NCBI GenBank assembly: GCA_000934665.2
Contig: KZ538042.1
Coordinates: forward strand, 62,001 to 126,000
From: Catajapyx aquilonaris
Lineage: Eukaryota
Direction of reading: 5' to 3'
DNA: 64,000 nt
Shown piece after piece: positions 26,405 through 39,080 of this stretch. The notes under the pieces were generated by a model. It ran no database searches. It was given only the letters and a program-made list of their open reading frames with translations, and was not told the origin of the DNA. Each line of letters starts with the position of its first letter. Position 1 is the stretch's first letter. The position numbers and the translations under genes are program-made.

Positions 26405-26969
26405 AAACAAGATTGGCAAATCCAGCGAGCGTGATTCGAGTCGACCTTTTCTCATTGGGCAGCAGGAAATGATCCAAGCTGACAAACCCGATACGATACT
26501 ACGATTTTAATTGAACAGCAATCACATTAATTGTCGGTCTCATTTCCCGTTGCCAAGGAACCTGCCTGCAGATTTTGATCTTGGTGGATAGGGCCTATAA
26601 CGCGCAAAAAGATTGTCGCGCTGTATCCGTGTGGTGCCCGCGACTTGCTGTTTATCCAGGGCGTTGCCAGGTGACGCTTCCGGAACATCGTCATATAAAC
26701 GCCCGTCACCTGGTAACACCCTGGAGGAGAAACAACAAGTCGCGGACACCACACGGATACAGTGCGACAATCTTTTTGCGCGTTATAGTACCCGCGGAAA
26801 GCCAAAAGTTGGCTATAAACCCTATTTTGGTTACGCTGAATCCGAATTCGAAAACAGTTTCTCTCTATCTCTCGCGGTTGAGGCCCTGATACCTGTCCAC
26901 GGACAGACGGACGGACAGAGCCATTCAATAAGACTTCCCCCCCCCCTCCCCCCCGATGAGAAAAAGTCT
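26405..26969 (-). mobile_element. HINE-like element with nested MITE
   Basis: aaacaagattggcaaatc...gattcgagtcgaccttttctcat start; acggacagacggacggacag; gatgagaaaaagtct end. Confidence 0.8.
26591..26793. mobile_element. Fold-back MITE (GGG...CCC ends) nested in the HINE
   Basis: ctataacgcgcaaaaagattgtcgcgctgtatccgtgtggtg / caccacacggatacagtgcgacaatctttttgcgcgttatag; arms ~85 bp. Confidence 0.9.
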
Positions 26970-27584
26970 AAAAATGTTTTGGACAGCCGCGTGTGTATGT
27001 CGCTACGCAACAGAGGTCAGCACCAGTCCAAACAGTTTTTGTCCAGTGTTGCATTGTTATTGACGGGCCATTTGAGCGTGACGGGGGTTCAGGGTTGTGG
27101 TTACGGGTATTTTAAGTTGCGGTCGGGATTGTGTGTATGGAATGTAATTCGATTCGAAATTGAGGAAAAAGGCGTTTGATGCCAAATTACACCCCCGTTT
27201 AATGTTTGTAAACAGCGGGTGCTGCTGTACGGCACGTGCGGTACCGGTGCATGGCCATGGGAGGGACAAACCCCCTAATTGAACCGGACAGACGAGATTA
27301 TTTGCCGGCCACTCCACACCGGAAGTATACGAGTTTGTCATGGTCTAATTAACATACCTGCTCATTTGCAGCTGCTGAAACTAATTAGCAGCTACAATGT
27401 AGCATCTGGTTGCTGGTAGCGGCTAATTCGAAATAGCCAGAATAAGGTGCGGTAGCATTTTATATGCTCGCTGTAGCTGCTACTTTTACCATTCAAAAAA
27501 TAGCGGACGAAGCTATTTATCGGGTATTAAATTAAGCAACGTAGCAGTTGCTATCTTTAAATGCTGAGCCGATAAATTCTCTAT

Positions 27585-27835
27585 TCGAGATGAATAACCG
27601 AGTGCGCACCACAGTTGGCGCAGAGTCCAGGGTTGGCATTATCAATGAAAGCTGGAAAATGATCGTGCTGGTAAATAAGCGCTGCACTTATTTCCAACGC
27701 TACTCTTGGAGGCTAACAAAAATGGCAGACGTTTGCTCTGGAACGAACGTCAGCGGGGAATAACTGGCAACGTTGTCGTCAAAACATTGTTAGATGCGCG
27801 AGTGTGGGTGCGCAGTCACTAGCTCGTAAAAATTT
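27585..27835 (+). mobile_element. MITE family A copy (diverged)
   Basis: aaccgagtgcgcaccacagttggcgca ... gcgcgagtgtgggtgcgca. Confidence 0.8.
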
Positions 27836-27994
27836 TACAAGTAAAAATAATTTTGTTCTTAAAAATTAACACGTAAAAATAAATTCGCATCCGAAGCTAA
27901 GCAGGTGATAAATAACTGTGATTAGTTACTAATTTTAAACGCTAATAACTACTAAATGTGAATTCTAATCTGCTACATGTAAATAATAGCTGCT

Positions 27995-28245
27995 ATAGAT
28001 GAATTTTTAAATGAGCGCAACCGAGTGCGCAACATAGTTGGCGCAAATTGTTTCCAACACTACGTTTGAGGCGGTAACAATATGGCCGACTTTTGCGATG
28101 TTGCCAATGCTCTGGAACGAACCTTAGAAGCTAACGGTGTGAATTTGGCTCCTGAAGAGATACTGTGGCAACGTTGTCGGAACAATGGACTTGCGCGAGT
28201 GTGGGTGCGCACTCGGTTGCGTTCGTTTTAAAAAAATCAACTTCT
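27995..28245 (+). mobile_element. MITE family A, best-preserved copy (~35-40-bp TIRs)
   Basis: tagatgaatttttaaatgagcgcaaccgagtgcgca ... tgcgcactcggttgcgttcgttttaaaaaaatc. Confidence 0.9.
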
Positions 28246-29257
28246 AGAACATCCTCGATGACTTACATTGCCTATCAGTGGTGCAGTAGTCACACATATT
28301 ACGCTCTTTCAGAAATTGCATACATAACTTAGCAATCCGATTTTTTTTTTTTTGCCAAAATGGATATTTTTTTTGCGACATCGTTTATCGAGCGTATGAC
28401 TTACTCATGAGCTCCACCTTATTTGTTTGGGTGACGACCTGCGTGCGCTGGAAGGATCACACACACACAAAAAGAGGAAAAGCAACGAGGCCTGTGTGTA
28501 TTGATATTGGCGGAATATTTAGGCGTATTGAATCTGGGGGGGAATTGAAAAGCGTTGTGGGGGACAAGTATTGTTATTGTTGCCATTTGATTGGACGTTG
28601 ATTGGTTGAGCATGGCAAGTCATTCGGGCACTTATGGAGGATTCGACCGCAGCCGCATACAGCAGAGCACACACTGTTTGGTCTGGTTTTATACCAGCAT
28701 AGCACATCAGAGGGTGGTCGAAGAGGGAGTGCAGAGAGCGCAAAATCAATTACAATCAGCAAGCCAAACAATGATCGTTATCAATATCAACAGCTAACTG
28801 GTCTGTGTGGGGGTGGGTCCCAAACTTTCATAAATCGAGATTATGCCGCTTAATGAGCCGCAATCGTGGCGGAAATCTACACTAATGGCGCCCCCCGATT
28901 ACCACTCCCCGGGTTTTGCATCCGGTCAGACTTATACCCCCCTTCCACCCCTCAGGCTGTCCCGCGCGGCCGGACGCGTCGTGCTGCGGTCAATCGCACC
29001 CAAATTACGCCCAGGTTTTATTGCCAGTTTCATCCCTACAATCCGGCGGTCGGATGGAGGGAGAAAAAATATCCGCGGTCCTGTACCGCATGCAACCGAC
29101 ATGAACGACAACCGAAACGCAATGAACGCAGCCATGAATGAGGTCGTCATGTGCCTGCCTCCCCTTCCGGCGGGATGTGTCCGATGCGATTATTTTACAA
29201 GTCACTGCTATTGGAGCAACTCTGCTACATTAGCTACTTTTGGTACACCTGCTCTCG

Positions 29258-29885
29258 ATTGATCTTTTTACGAGCGCAACCGAGTGCGCACCACAGATTG
29301 CGCAGCATGCACTGTTGGCACTATGTGTGAATTTTTACGAGCTCGACCAATTGCGTACCCACACTCGGGCCAGTTCATATTTCTGGCAACAACACTACCA
29401 TACCTCAGGGGTCTGTAAGGTTCGTGGCAACATCGCAAAAGTCGGCCATATTGTTACTCCCTCGACTCCCACTATGCAGAAAGCTTCACTACAGAGACTC
29501 TTGGAAGATAGTAGCCAACTTGTCACATCGTCTCTGATTGGCTAGAATAATTACGGATTATTTGCGGTTCCGGCGGAGGCCGCCATCTTGCGTTGTTGTG
29601 GAAATAGTGACCGGCTGTGACGTCACGGTCGACTCTGATTGGATGCAGCCAGTCCAGCCAATCGGAGTCGACCGTGACGTCAGAGCCGGCCACTATTTAC
29701 GTAGAAACGGAATATGGTGGCCTCCATTGGAACAGTGCATAATTACGCCAACCAATCAGAGACGACGTGACTTGACAAGTTAGCGACTGTCTTCCTCGAG
29801 GCTCTGAAGCTGATAATTCCAACTATACAAGTTGCGCGAACTGTGTTGCGCACTAGGTTGTCCTCATTTTTAAAAAATCATCCAT
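29258..29885 (-). mobile_element. MITE family A copy split by a nested palindromic element (further A fragment at 29900-30100)
   Basis: aaaagtcggccatattgttactccctc before the insertion; ttgcgcgaactgtgttgcgcactaggttg after it. Confidence 0.8.
29482..29811. mobile_element. Palindromic MITE family G (CRE/CCAAT/GCCATCTTG-bearing)
   Basis: Arms gtgacgtcacggtcgactctgattgg / ccaatcggagtcgaccgtgacgtca and tcgtctctgattgg / ccaatcagagacga; homologous to 56543-56843. Confidence 0.85.
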
Positions 29886-31859
29886 AATCCATATCAATTA
29901 CAGTATTATCAATGACAGCTGGGAAGCTCTGTGTATACAGTGTGCGTGTATATATAATCACTGCACTTATTTCCAACGCTAGCCTTGGAGGAGAAACAAC
30001 ATGGCCGACGTTTGCGACGTTGCCGAGGCTGTGGTTTGGCCATTGGAACGTTGTTATCAGAGCAATGTAGCTGCACTAGTCAATTGCGATGGTAAAAAAA
30101 TTCGTAGCTGATTTTTTTTTAAGAAGCGCACATAAATCTATAATTTAGCCTCATTATAGCAAACAATCGCTCTTTTTTTTGAATGACCGCTAACTGACAG
30201 CATTAAGCGCTCATTTGGCCGCATTTGACCACATTTGACCCCCTGTGGCCCCCCCGGCTTATGATTTGAGAGAATGGGTGTGTGTAAACTGCGATATGTT
30301 TGAGCAGCAATTGGCACGGCCCGCTAATGATGACCATCATCAGTCGGTGGATTTTCTTCTCTAAAAGCCGTGATGGCGGTGCTCAGAAAGGCGTAATTAA
30401 AACGGGGCGTAAATCGCGGCCAACCCCCAAACATGACCCCAAACGCCATTATCATTGGATCCAATCGATTTGTATCTCAATTGAAAATGAGTCCTTGGGG
30501 AGGGAGAGAGACAGGTGGGGGGTGGGGACACTAACATAAAAAAGTGTGGCAACCCCGGGTCCATTCAAATTGTTGACACGCGTCCGGAAAGAGTGTCAAT
30601 CATGCAACAATTGGAATGCGGCTGCGATTGCGGTTCATGGCGATAAATTCGCTGCCTAATTGCGTTTGGAGCGGTTTTCAGACAGCGGGACACCCCCCCT
30701 TCCATGCCATCCCCCCTCTGCTCTGCTCCAATTCAACTCAATTTCAACTGGGGGGGGGGGGGNGGGGGGGGAGGATGGAAAAGCCCAGTCCAATGGATGC
30801 GGAATCCACACCATTTTACTAACTTATAGGGAGCCGCTCCTCGTCACATTGTTTGCCTCCTTCTTGCCCCAAAGCCATTCAATTTATTTCCCATATCACT
30901 GTACACATACATGCCTGGTCTATACATACACCCAGCCTGTTTCATCTCTATTCAACCAGTCGGATTATGTCATGTCCGGATCAAATCATTCATTAAGGTG
31001 CCAGTCAGCCGATAATCTCCGTTTTATTCGCCACTTAACCTGCACAGCCAGCAGAAAGTAACATTAGGCAGAATGCTCGTTGAGCATAATTTCGACCCCT
31101 TTAAAAATGTGCTCTAGTCCAATTTTGAACTGCAAAAACAGAAGTTATAATGGAGTACAGTGCAGTCAAAAAATTTTCATTGCTCGGCTATACTTTGTTA
31201 TCTTTTGTGCAGTCGAAAGTTAGTCACTCGTCGGAGAGTTACAGTGAAACATGATATTATTTTTAAAGCTTTGTGTTCATGTTAATTACGCGTTCGGGAT
31301 GTTTGCTTGTTGAACTTTTTTTAGCAATCACGACAGAGGCATAAAGTAGCGAAAATGTTGGTCAAATGGATTTCGCAATTTCTTCCAATCTCGCAAACCA
31401 CTGTAAAAGCATGCCGGCCCTTTTCATTTCTGCTGGAAGGGACAATTTTGCACGCAGTAAAAATTGGCCAGGCTATTTTGCCCGGATTTCAAATGTATGG
31501 AAATATTAAACAATGTTTGCTTACACTACTGTTGGTTCGAATCCCATACCAGGTTTAGAATCAACAACCGAGTTGTTCATTAAATTTGCAAATTAAAGCC
31601 AGCTCTTATGTTTTCCAGTTCTCTAATGTGTATTTCCAGCAGAGGGGAAAGCAAACCGAGGGAACTTACTCACTCAGGTATGCACATGCACGTTATGCGC
31701 AAGTACGCAAGGCAAACAATGAAGCTCGTTTGTAAAATAAAAATTGGCTCTAATCACAGTCGACATTACTATAAGTAGTCGCAAAAGTTACGGCAACAAT
31801 AGTCTGAACTTGAATGAGTAGGCTACCTACATATAGATGTTACAATTGATATGATCTAA

Positions 31860-31975
31860 GTTTGGTTAGGATAGGTTAGGTTGGGATAGGTTAGTTTAGG
31901 TTAGGATAGGTTAGTTTAGGTTAGGATAGGTTAGGTCAGGCTAAATTAGGTGAGGCTAGATCAGAGGTGAGGTTA
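31860..31975 (+). repeat. Degenerate (TTAGG/ATAGG)n interstitial telomere-like repeat
   Basis: ggttaggataggttaggttgggataggttagtttaggttagg... Confidence 0.85.
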
Positions 31976-33175
31976 GCGACACTAAGATTCTTATTAACCA
32001 GTTACTTTTGCACCTGTATTAGCTGAGACTATTAGGCTATCTGGCCTTCTAGATGCTGTGTTGCTTTCTCCCACTTTTTGTAGTCGTGAGTACCAAGGAG
32101 AGGTGCAAATATTTCACCCTGGGGCTGACTCGAGGTGTCAGAAAATAAAGCAAGTAGTGCGATTAGGATCAGGAGTGTGGCATGCACTAATCCTTTCCAA
32201 CCAACCCTTCCCCCCGGAAACCCTCAGTATTAAAACACAATCTGGCCTAATCAGATGTCTCTCACACTACTCCCACTTCTTTCTTTTTTTCTGAACCCGA
32301 GGCGTGACCGATAGTATCGCCTCCCCTGCAAACGATAAGTACGCCCATAAATAATGGAGAGATTAAAAGAGATGAGCGGCCTGTGAATGGTGCTAATTTG
32401 CGGAGGGCACAAGTGTAGAGGGGGGTAGTAGCTCCCACAATTCCCCCCCCCCCCTCCCAACAAAACGCAAAAAAAAGTGTGATTTATGTCTTGGCCAGGC
32501 CGAAACTAAGCCAGTTCTTTTGAAACTGGCGATATGTACCTCCCCCTCCCCATACCCAGTTTATTATGGAGGCCCAAAACGAGTGGCTGCCACTTGCCAT
32601 TAGTCGCCCTTCAAAAGAGCATTCGTCCACTCCTTTTGAAAGAATTTTCCATCTATTTTCATCTCCCATCCCATCCTCTCTCGCGGCACTCGGTTTCCCT
32701 CTATGCCAACTGAATTGCAAAGTCTGCTCCTATTGTCACCGGTCACACACACCTGAGCCTTCTCTAGGGTACGGCATATGGAAGCTGATACCATCGATTC
32801 AGAAATTTTGGCAACACTGACCAACAGTTGGCTCCGGATATAACATCCTCGGCTATATCGGTCATTCGGTTATAACTGACTCGAAAGGCCGCTATAACAG
32901 ACCATTCCTTGGCCCCTCGGGATTTTCGGTTGGTTTTTTTGGCCCTGCCTAATTTATGGGTGAGCTAATTTTGCACTTTAGTGGATAGTTAATTAATAAA
33001 TGCAGTAGTGTGTATTATAAGCATATGGAAAGAAGCCCCAGGGACCCAGAATGTGGCAGGAAAGTAAATAAATAAATAAATAATACATAAATAGAGAATA
33101 TGGAAAGCGGAAAACTGAGCGGAGATGGCCCCAGGACAAAGTCACAAACTCGAGCCAGTTCTTTCTATGACAGAT

Positions 33176-33324
33176 GTACTATGGGGTTCAAATTATTTTG
33201 GCCACTTTATCCTGGTCTTGAAGCAACCCTTCGCACAGACCCCCACGTTAAGGAGGTGAGTGTGTGTGACGGGTTCATTCAAGACCAGGATAAAGTGGCC
33301 AAAAGTGTTTGAACCCGATAGTAC
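33176..33324. mobile_element. Fold-back MITE
   Basis: gtactatggggttcaaa..ttttggccactttatcctggtcttgaa / ttcaagaccaggataaagtggccaaaa..tttgaacccgatagtac. Confidence 0.85.
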
Positions 33325-34710
33325 GTAGATATGGCAGAAAACTCACCTATGCAGGGAACATCGTAAGAACTGCTTCAACACTTAATAGTACAATGAAAGA
33401 CTACGTGCCTTTTTGGGGGTTGCCAGATGAAGCTGAGGTCGCGACGAATTAAAGGCCTGTTCCTTGCGGGATATCGGCTGCATGTTTCATGTGACAAGAA
33501 AAGTGCGGGCCTCGAACACCTTCCGATTGTTATCGAATACGGCCACTTTCGTCGCTATTGCCATTTAAAGGAGAGGGAATCTGAACCCTCGGGTATAATA
33601 ATAAAAAAAGGGTGTAGGAAAAACATGGGCATTGTGTCTTGAAGGAGTGGATGGGGGAAGAGTGTATTGTGTTTGATGCCGTATAATAGACTTCACCCTC
33701 GTCTCCTCTCTCTCTCTTTTCCCCCTCTTCTGTTTTCATTTTTCTTTTCTTCTTTTTTATATATAAAAAAGGTCCCCTCTACTTGGTCTGGCTCCCTTTA
33801 TTTCTCCAGGGGACTGTCATGGCGACCCAGAACTTCCCGACTCGCAGAAAACGGCCTTATTTTTTATCAGTTTCCACGGACGATTGCACTTGTGAGGGTC
33901 TTCCTCGGGGCCATTTCTGCCTCGACATTTTTCGCTTCTTTTTTTTTTTTGTCCTCCCCCCGTCTACTTTTTTTTTACGGCCGATACCTTATGCGCCCGG
34001 GACGATATTATCGCCGCCTTTAAAAAATCCCCCTCCCCCTACCCTTCCATCCGACGACTCGCAACTATTTTAAAAGTGGGCCTTTCCAGTAGCCGCGTGA
34101 TCCCCGTAAAGGGAATTAAGATTGCCTCTTTTTTCGGCTGCATCTTTCGCTTTACTTTGGTGTCCGCGGCCATCTTGGAAAATACGCTCGTAAAATGGGG
34201 CTCGTAATGGCGCCACACCGCATATGGCCCACCCACCAAAAAAAAAATGAGAGAGAGAGAGAAAATTTACACTGAAAGGCTTAGGGTGTGAAGTTATGTC
34301 GGAGTTGTAGTCCTGGCGTTGTCGTAACCACCATTCGGTCCCGTGATTTTTATGGTGGGAAGCGAAAATTCTGAAGATATCGATAAGTGTTGGATGTTAT
34401 CGATGCGGTTGGCCGCCGTGAGAGCGAGGTCCTTTTAATTTCCCCCCAAGAACCCGTAACCGCCATCCAACCGCCGATAACTTGTACCCTCGACTCTTCT
34501 CTATAACCAACCTCGAAGAACCCTGTTAAAAGCCCACTTTACTGCTAATAATCTAATACCAAAAGTTGCTCTCAGGAATGTTATACATGTCCGGCGGCAT
34601 TTTGTTTTACGAGGGGCGAAAAAGGGCCAAGCACTTGCACGATTTTGAGATTACGAGGTGTTCTGTGCGTCATATGAACCTGATGAAATATGTGTATTCA
34701 TTGGTTTCTA

Positions 34711-34973
34711 CAGGTTGTTAATCCTAAGCGTGTCACCAGAAAAGGTGGTGGTAGAGGGCGCAGGTGCGTAAGGAACTAGGGGTCGGAAACGCACCATCAC
34801 CGAGTTACGCCCATTTCAAGTTTTCGGCAGGCAGTGTGCAAGGGGCGTGCGGCACGCGGCGGAGTGACTCGGTGAGGGTGCGTTTCCGACCCCTAGTTCC
34901 TTATGCAAAAATGCTCACACCTGCGCCCTCTACCACCACCTTTTCTGGTGACACGCTTAGGATTAACACCCTG
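34711..34973. mobile_element. Tc1/mariner-type MITE with ~95-bp TIRs and TA TSD
   Basis: ta|caggttgttaatcctaagcgtgtcaccagaaaaggtggtggtagagggcgcagg ... cctgcgccctctaccaccaccttttctggtgacacgcttaggattaacaccctg|ta. Confidence 0.9.
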
Positions 34974-36299
34974 TATACTGTGCTTATGCCAAAAACAAGT
35001 TTCGGACAACCGTCAGTACTCCAGCAACGGGTAATGCTAGAAATGACCTTGACCTGTCTCCAGTTCTGTTATACTGTATGACGACAGTGTGTCTTATAAT
35101 TTTTTTGAGATGTAGTACGTTGCAATTATGAATTTTGCAATAACCATCGTACTCGTTTCAACAGTGGTAGGCCAGGTTTCCTAACTTATTCACTACTGGG
35201 ACTTTACACCTCGAGGTGCAAATTACATGAACGGTACTAATTTTGCGTTTGCAATAAAATATGCAATCATAGTAGCCCACGAGACATTTTAATTTTTTAT
35301 GATAATTATGGTTCTCTCAACATCACCAGCATATTAGAAAAAATCGGTGCAGTTAATTCAATTTACACTGAATTATTTGTGCCTAAACCGTTACTGATCA
35401 GAACTAACGAAAAATGACTCCCGAACAGAAACATTATTTTGTGAACTTATTACTGGTTATCATTACATTCTTTGTATTGTAGGCAGTCACACTTTTGTCT
35501 ATTGTGAAGGCAGTGCTATTTCATAACGGTTCATTACACTAACTGTGAGCATTCAACCATGGGAAAAATAATAGCGAAAATATAAAGTGCAATTGGTGCT
35601 GTGTTCTGGAAACCTCCTTTTGTATTTTGGCAATTCAGCGCGAAATAATTCAAAATTTGGCCGCCGTATTCCAACCCTGATTTTCTCTAATGAGTCGGTC
35701 GGCAGGGAGTAATTGAATACAACTTTTGCGCGTAGCCGGCCACCAGTAAAACCAATATTTGGACACCCACTTTTTTTTTCAACGATGCAGTTCATATACA
35801 ATTTGCATTGCGGCTTCCAACCAATGAACTGGCAAAAAAATGTACAGTTTTGTAGCGTTTACTGCCCGCCACTGCAAAACTGTACAAATCGCGCCATTCA
35901 AACCGTGTTTTCACGATTGAGAGAACTCCACGGGAAAAGAACTGTATTTGTGCCCCCCCCCCTCTAATCATACAGGGTGTTTCTCTCTTGTATCCATTGG
36001 ATCCATCGAGCAACTGTAAAAAAAAACTACGGATGTGAAATTGGCGAAACATCCGGCAACGGAACAGATGGAGACAAACTTTTTAGGTTGTGCCAAAAAA
36101 ACATTTCATACAAGTGTGAAACTTGGTTTATGGCAATTATTCGCACGTGTTTGACTCGGTCATTCCACATTTGTCATTTCCCTTGGCTCATACAAATGGC
36201 ACAGTACATTTGCGCTCAAACAATCGCGAAATGCAAAAACTATCAGCACTATACAGCAAGATGACATGAAAATACATTCAGCTTCCCCTGATGGTCGTA

Positions 36300-36597
36300 T
36301 CATACTATACTAATCCCCTTATTCTCTCCGTCTGCTTATATGTCGGTCGTATTGACTCATCGATTAGGTAAATGTTCAACAATGAGAGGATATGTAGCGG
36401 CCAGAGACCCACTTCAATGCAGGTGGGCTTTGTCCGCGTGGTGACTCATCACCAACGTGCGTGTAGTACTACTTTCCCCTATAGTACGATAGGTCCTACC
36501 AGTTGGCGCGTAGGCTGTCCCTCGTGCTATCGTACTACGTCCAAGTTGGGATGAATGGGCCAAGCAGTGTTGCCAAATAACGAATGATCCGCTATAG
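36300..36597 (+). mobile_element. Helitron family B copy with internal micro-inversion
   Basis: a|TCatactatactaatccccttatt start; gtgactcatcaccaacgtgcgtgtagtactactttcccc core; gcagtgttgccaaa...ccgctatag end. Confidence 0.8.
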
Positions 36598-37605
36598 ATT
36601 GTCCGAAACATTTTTAGCCACAACACAACCTTGCGTATATGTCACTTCTCTTATAAATTATCTCCGACGCGACGTCACATCCTGTCCGGCCTCCTGAAAC
36701 TGCAGTGTTTGCCTACAATTGAGCCGCTTTTGCCTGGCTTCCGGACAATAATGGGTCTGAAATGTGACCTGGAGGGCAACTCTTGAGGAGGAGAAAGAAC
36801 TTCCCCTTTCCTCTCCCATTATGTGTAACACACACTGCTGGCAATAGGGGTTTCGGTCCTCCGGAAAACGTGTTCCTCCGGATTGGAGCCCCTCCGGATT
36901 GCCCGAGTTTCCATGGAAATTTAATCTTAAGTACGAAGCTGCACAAAAGGCCTCTCTTTCCCTCAAGAATTAATAAAGCGCTGCTCTTGAGCGCGGTATT
37001 ATATCAGAAAGAGCAGCACGAGGAAGGGAGGGGTTGTAATATTTTTATATGCGAATTTTTTTGGGGGGAGGGCGAGTCTTTTGGACCCCCCTACGATTTT
37101 GTTGTCTGTTGCGCGCGTGTGTGTCTATATAGCTCGTATTGTGTCAACAATAATTTGGGAGGCAGGCTTGGTTGTTTGGCCGCGCAGCCAGGGGACTGTG
37201 ATTGCAACATTGCCGCTTCGGGTTGCGTTTGTTTGCCCACTTTAATGCACTTTCGTTCCTCTCGCGATTCACGGACAAAAGCGCCAATCCCAGATAGTAC
37301 TAGCCCACCCACCACCACCTCTCGCTCTCGCTCTTTTTTTTCCTCGCGAAAGGCCACTTCTGAAAGCGGCATTTAATCACTGTTAACCTGCCAACCTACT
37401 CTCTTTTTTTTGTACCCGCCTGGCCATTAATTAGCAATCAAGTAATCGAAGCCCTTTAGGTACAGTGTTCAAATTACTCAGATGGGACCAAAATTAGCAT
37501 GGTTACTGCTCATTCCTAGCCGCTAAACTGATATAAGCTTACACGAAGTAGCAGCTACTTCCGAAAGTTGTTGAATAATTACGGAAGTCTGTTGATATCT
37601 TACGA

Positions 37606-37755
37606 GAGTGAGTCCGCGGCCAAAACTTGGCAACACTGCCCGGCTCGCCACTTACTTGGACGTAGGGGGCGCGCAGGCTCTCTCTCTGCACACTACTGCC
37701 GCTCTCAGAGTGAAAGTAGTACTACTTGCACGTTGGTGATGAGTCACCGTGCTGA
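37606..37755 (-). mobile_element. Helitron family B fragment
   Basis: ttggcaacactgc...ttggacgtag...gcacactactgcc...aaagtagtactacttgcacgttggtgatgagtcacc. Confidence 0.8.
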
Positions 37756-38976
37756 AGAGAAAAAGCCAACGAGAGTTAACAACAAACATGGCTATACCGT
37801 TAAAATTATCAGCAGTTGCTAAATGTAGAATCAACTGTTGATTGTAACTGTAAAATTTAAAACATTCGTTGATTAGTAGCTGATAAAATTTTGCCGCTAA
37901 TTGGTCGCTGCTAAATCTTTGATTGCTAACATAATTTCCCAATCACATTAGACCAAAGGCGTTATTGGTAGATTTTTTTATTTTATTTTCTGCCACACTT
38001 TTTTTTGTGTGTGTGTGTGCGTCGAATTGATGCAAACTGGTTAGCTGTGGGGGATTAACTTTGATGCTTGCTCATCGCGAGGTTTACACCTTTTCATGCT
38101 GCCATCATCAAAAAAAAAATTGTAGCATCAGTTGGTTATATATGAACAAGTAAGTGATTCGAGTCCACCCCCACCCCACTAACACATGACCAAATGAGCA
38201 CATGTTAGCCCCGCATTATGCAAACGCCGCTTCGAATTAGGGAGAGGCAGGGGGGGGCCACAGGTCGCCATGAAAAGTAACCGCCCGAATCATGATATTT
38301 AGGACCCTCCCAACACGCGCAACAATCGAATGGAAAAGAGCAACAATCCCGTCCCCACAAATTGCGTCAAAGAGACTGGGATGCTCCCCTGTGCACTAAT
38401 GACACCCGGAGGCGGGGTGTGACACTGCAAATTAATATGTAACGAATCAGATTAAGGGGGGTTGGGGTGGTGGGGGGCGTGATGTGGTAGCAGTGACAAC
38501 AACAACAACAACAACATCACGACATTTCCCTATGAGGGGTAGTCAGCGATGAAGGGAGATGCAAGCTAACCCAACATATGAACTAATAAAACACATGAGA
38601 AAGAACCTAAAAACAACCTGTCCCACCCCCCACCCCTGCCCACCTCAGACATCACCTTATCCTCAGACGTATTTACCTATTTACCCATTAATTAACCTAC
38701 GCCATTTACACCTATCCAAACNTCTCGACCAAAAAGGAAAATAACTGGAGCGAAGGTCAGGCACTCGCAGCAGGTCCCAGGCAGTGACGTCAGTGATTAA
38801 TTCCCGGGAGTCGCGTTTTATGTTTCAGTCCGTCGGTGTCCATGGCGTCGGAACCGCGATTTAGCTGCCTGTGCGTCACCGGGTCCCAGCAGCACCCTCC
38901 CTGATGTTAATCATAATTAATCTGTCATTGAAGCACCAACTGCAAGCTCAGCCACAGGTTTCGGAGAGAGACTAAA

Positions 38977-39080
38977 AAACAAGATTGGCAAATCACTCGA
39001 GCTTGATTCGAGCAGACTTTTTTTTCTCTAAAATTGGACAACAACGACATGGAATGTTGTCAGTGTCACTTCTCGAATTT
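38977..39080 (-). mobile_element. HINE-like terminal fragment
   Basis: aaacaagattggcaaatcactcgagcttgattcgagcagactttt...gacatggaatgttgtcagt matches 13233-13340. Confidence 0.75.

Noticed and set aside
33342..33375. Minus-strand ttccctgcaTAG|GTGAGT recursive-like site
   Set aside because: Short interrupted pyrimidine tract, no clear branch point, and opposite polarity to the stronger sites; not fully excluded.
36783..37376. Longest ORF (197 aa) and other 130-190 aa ORFs
   Set aside because: No recognisable domain, low-complexity composition, overlapping antisense ORFs and no supporting exon structure.
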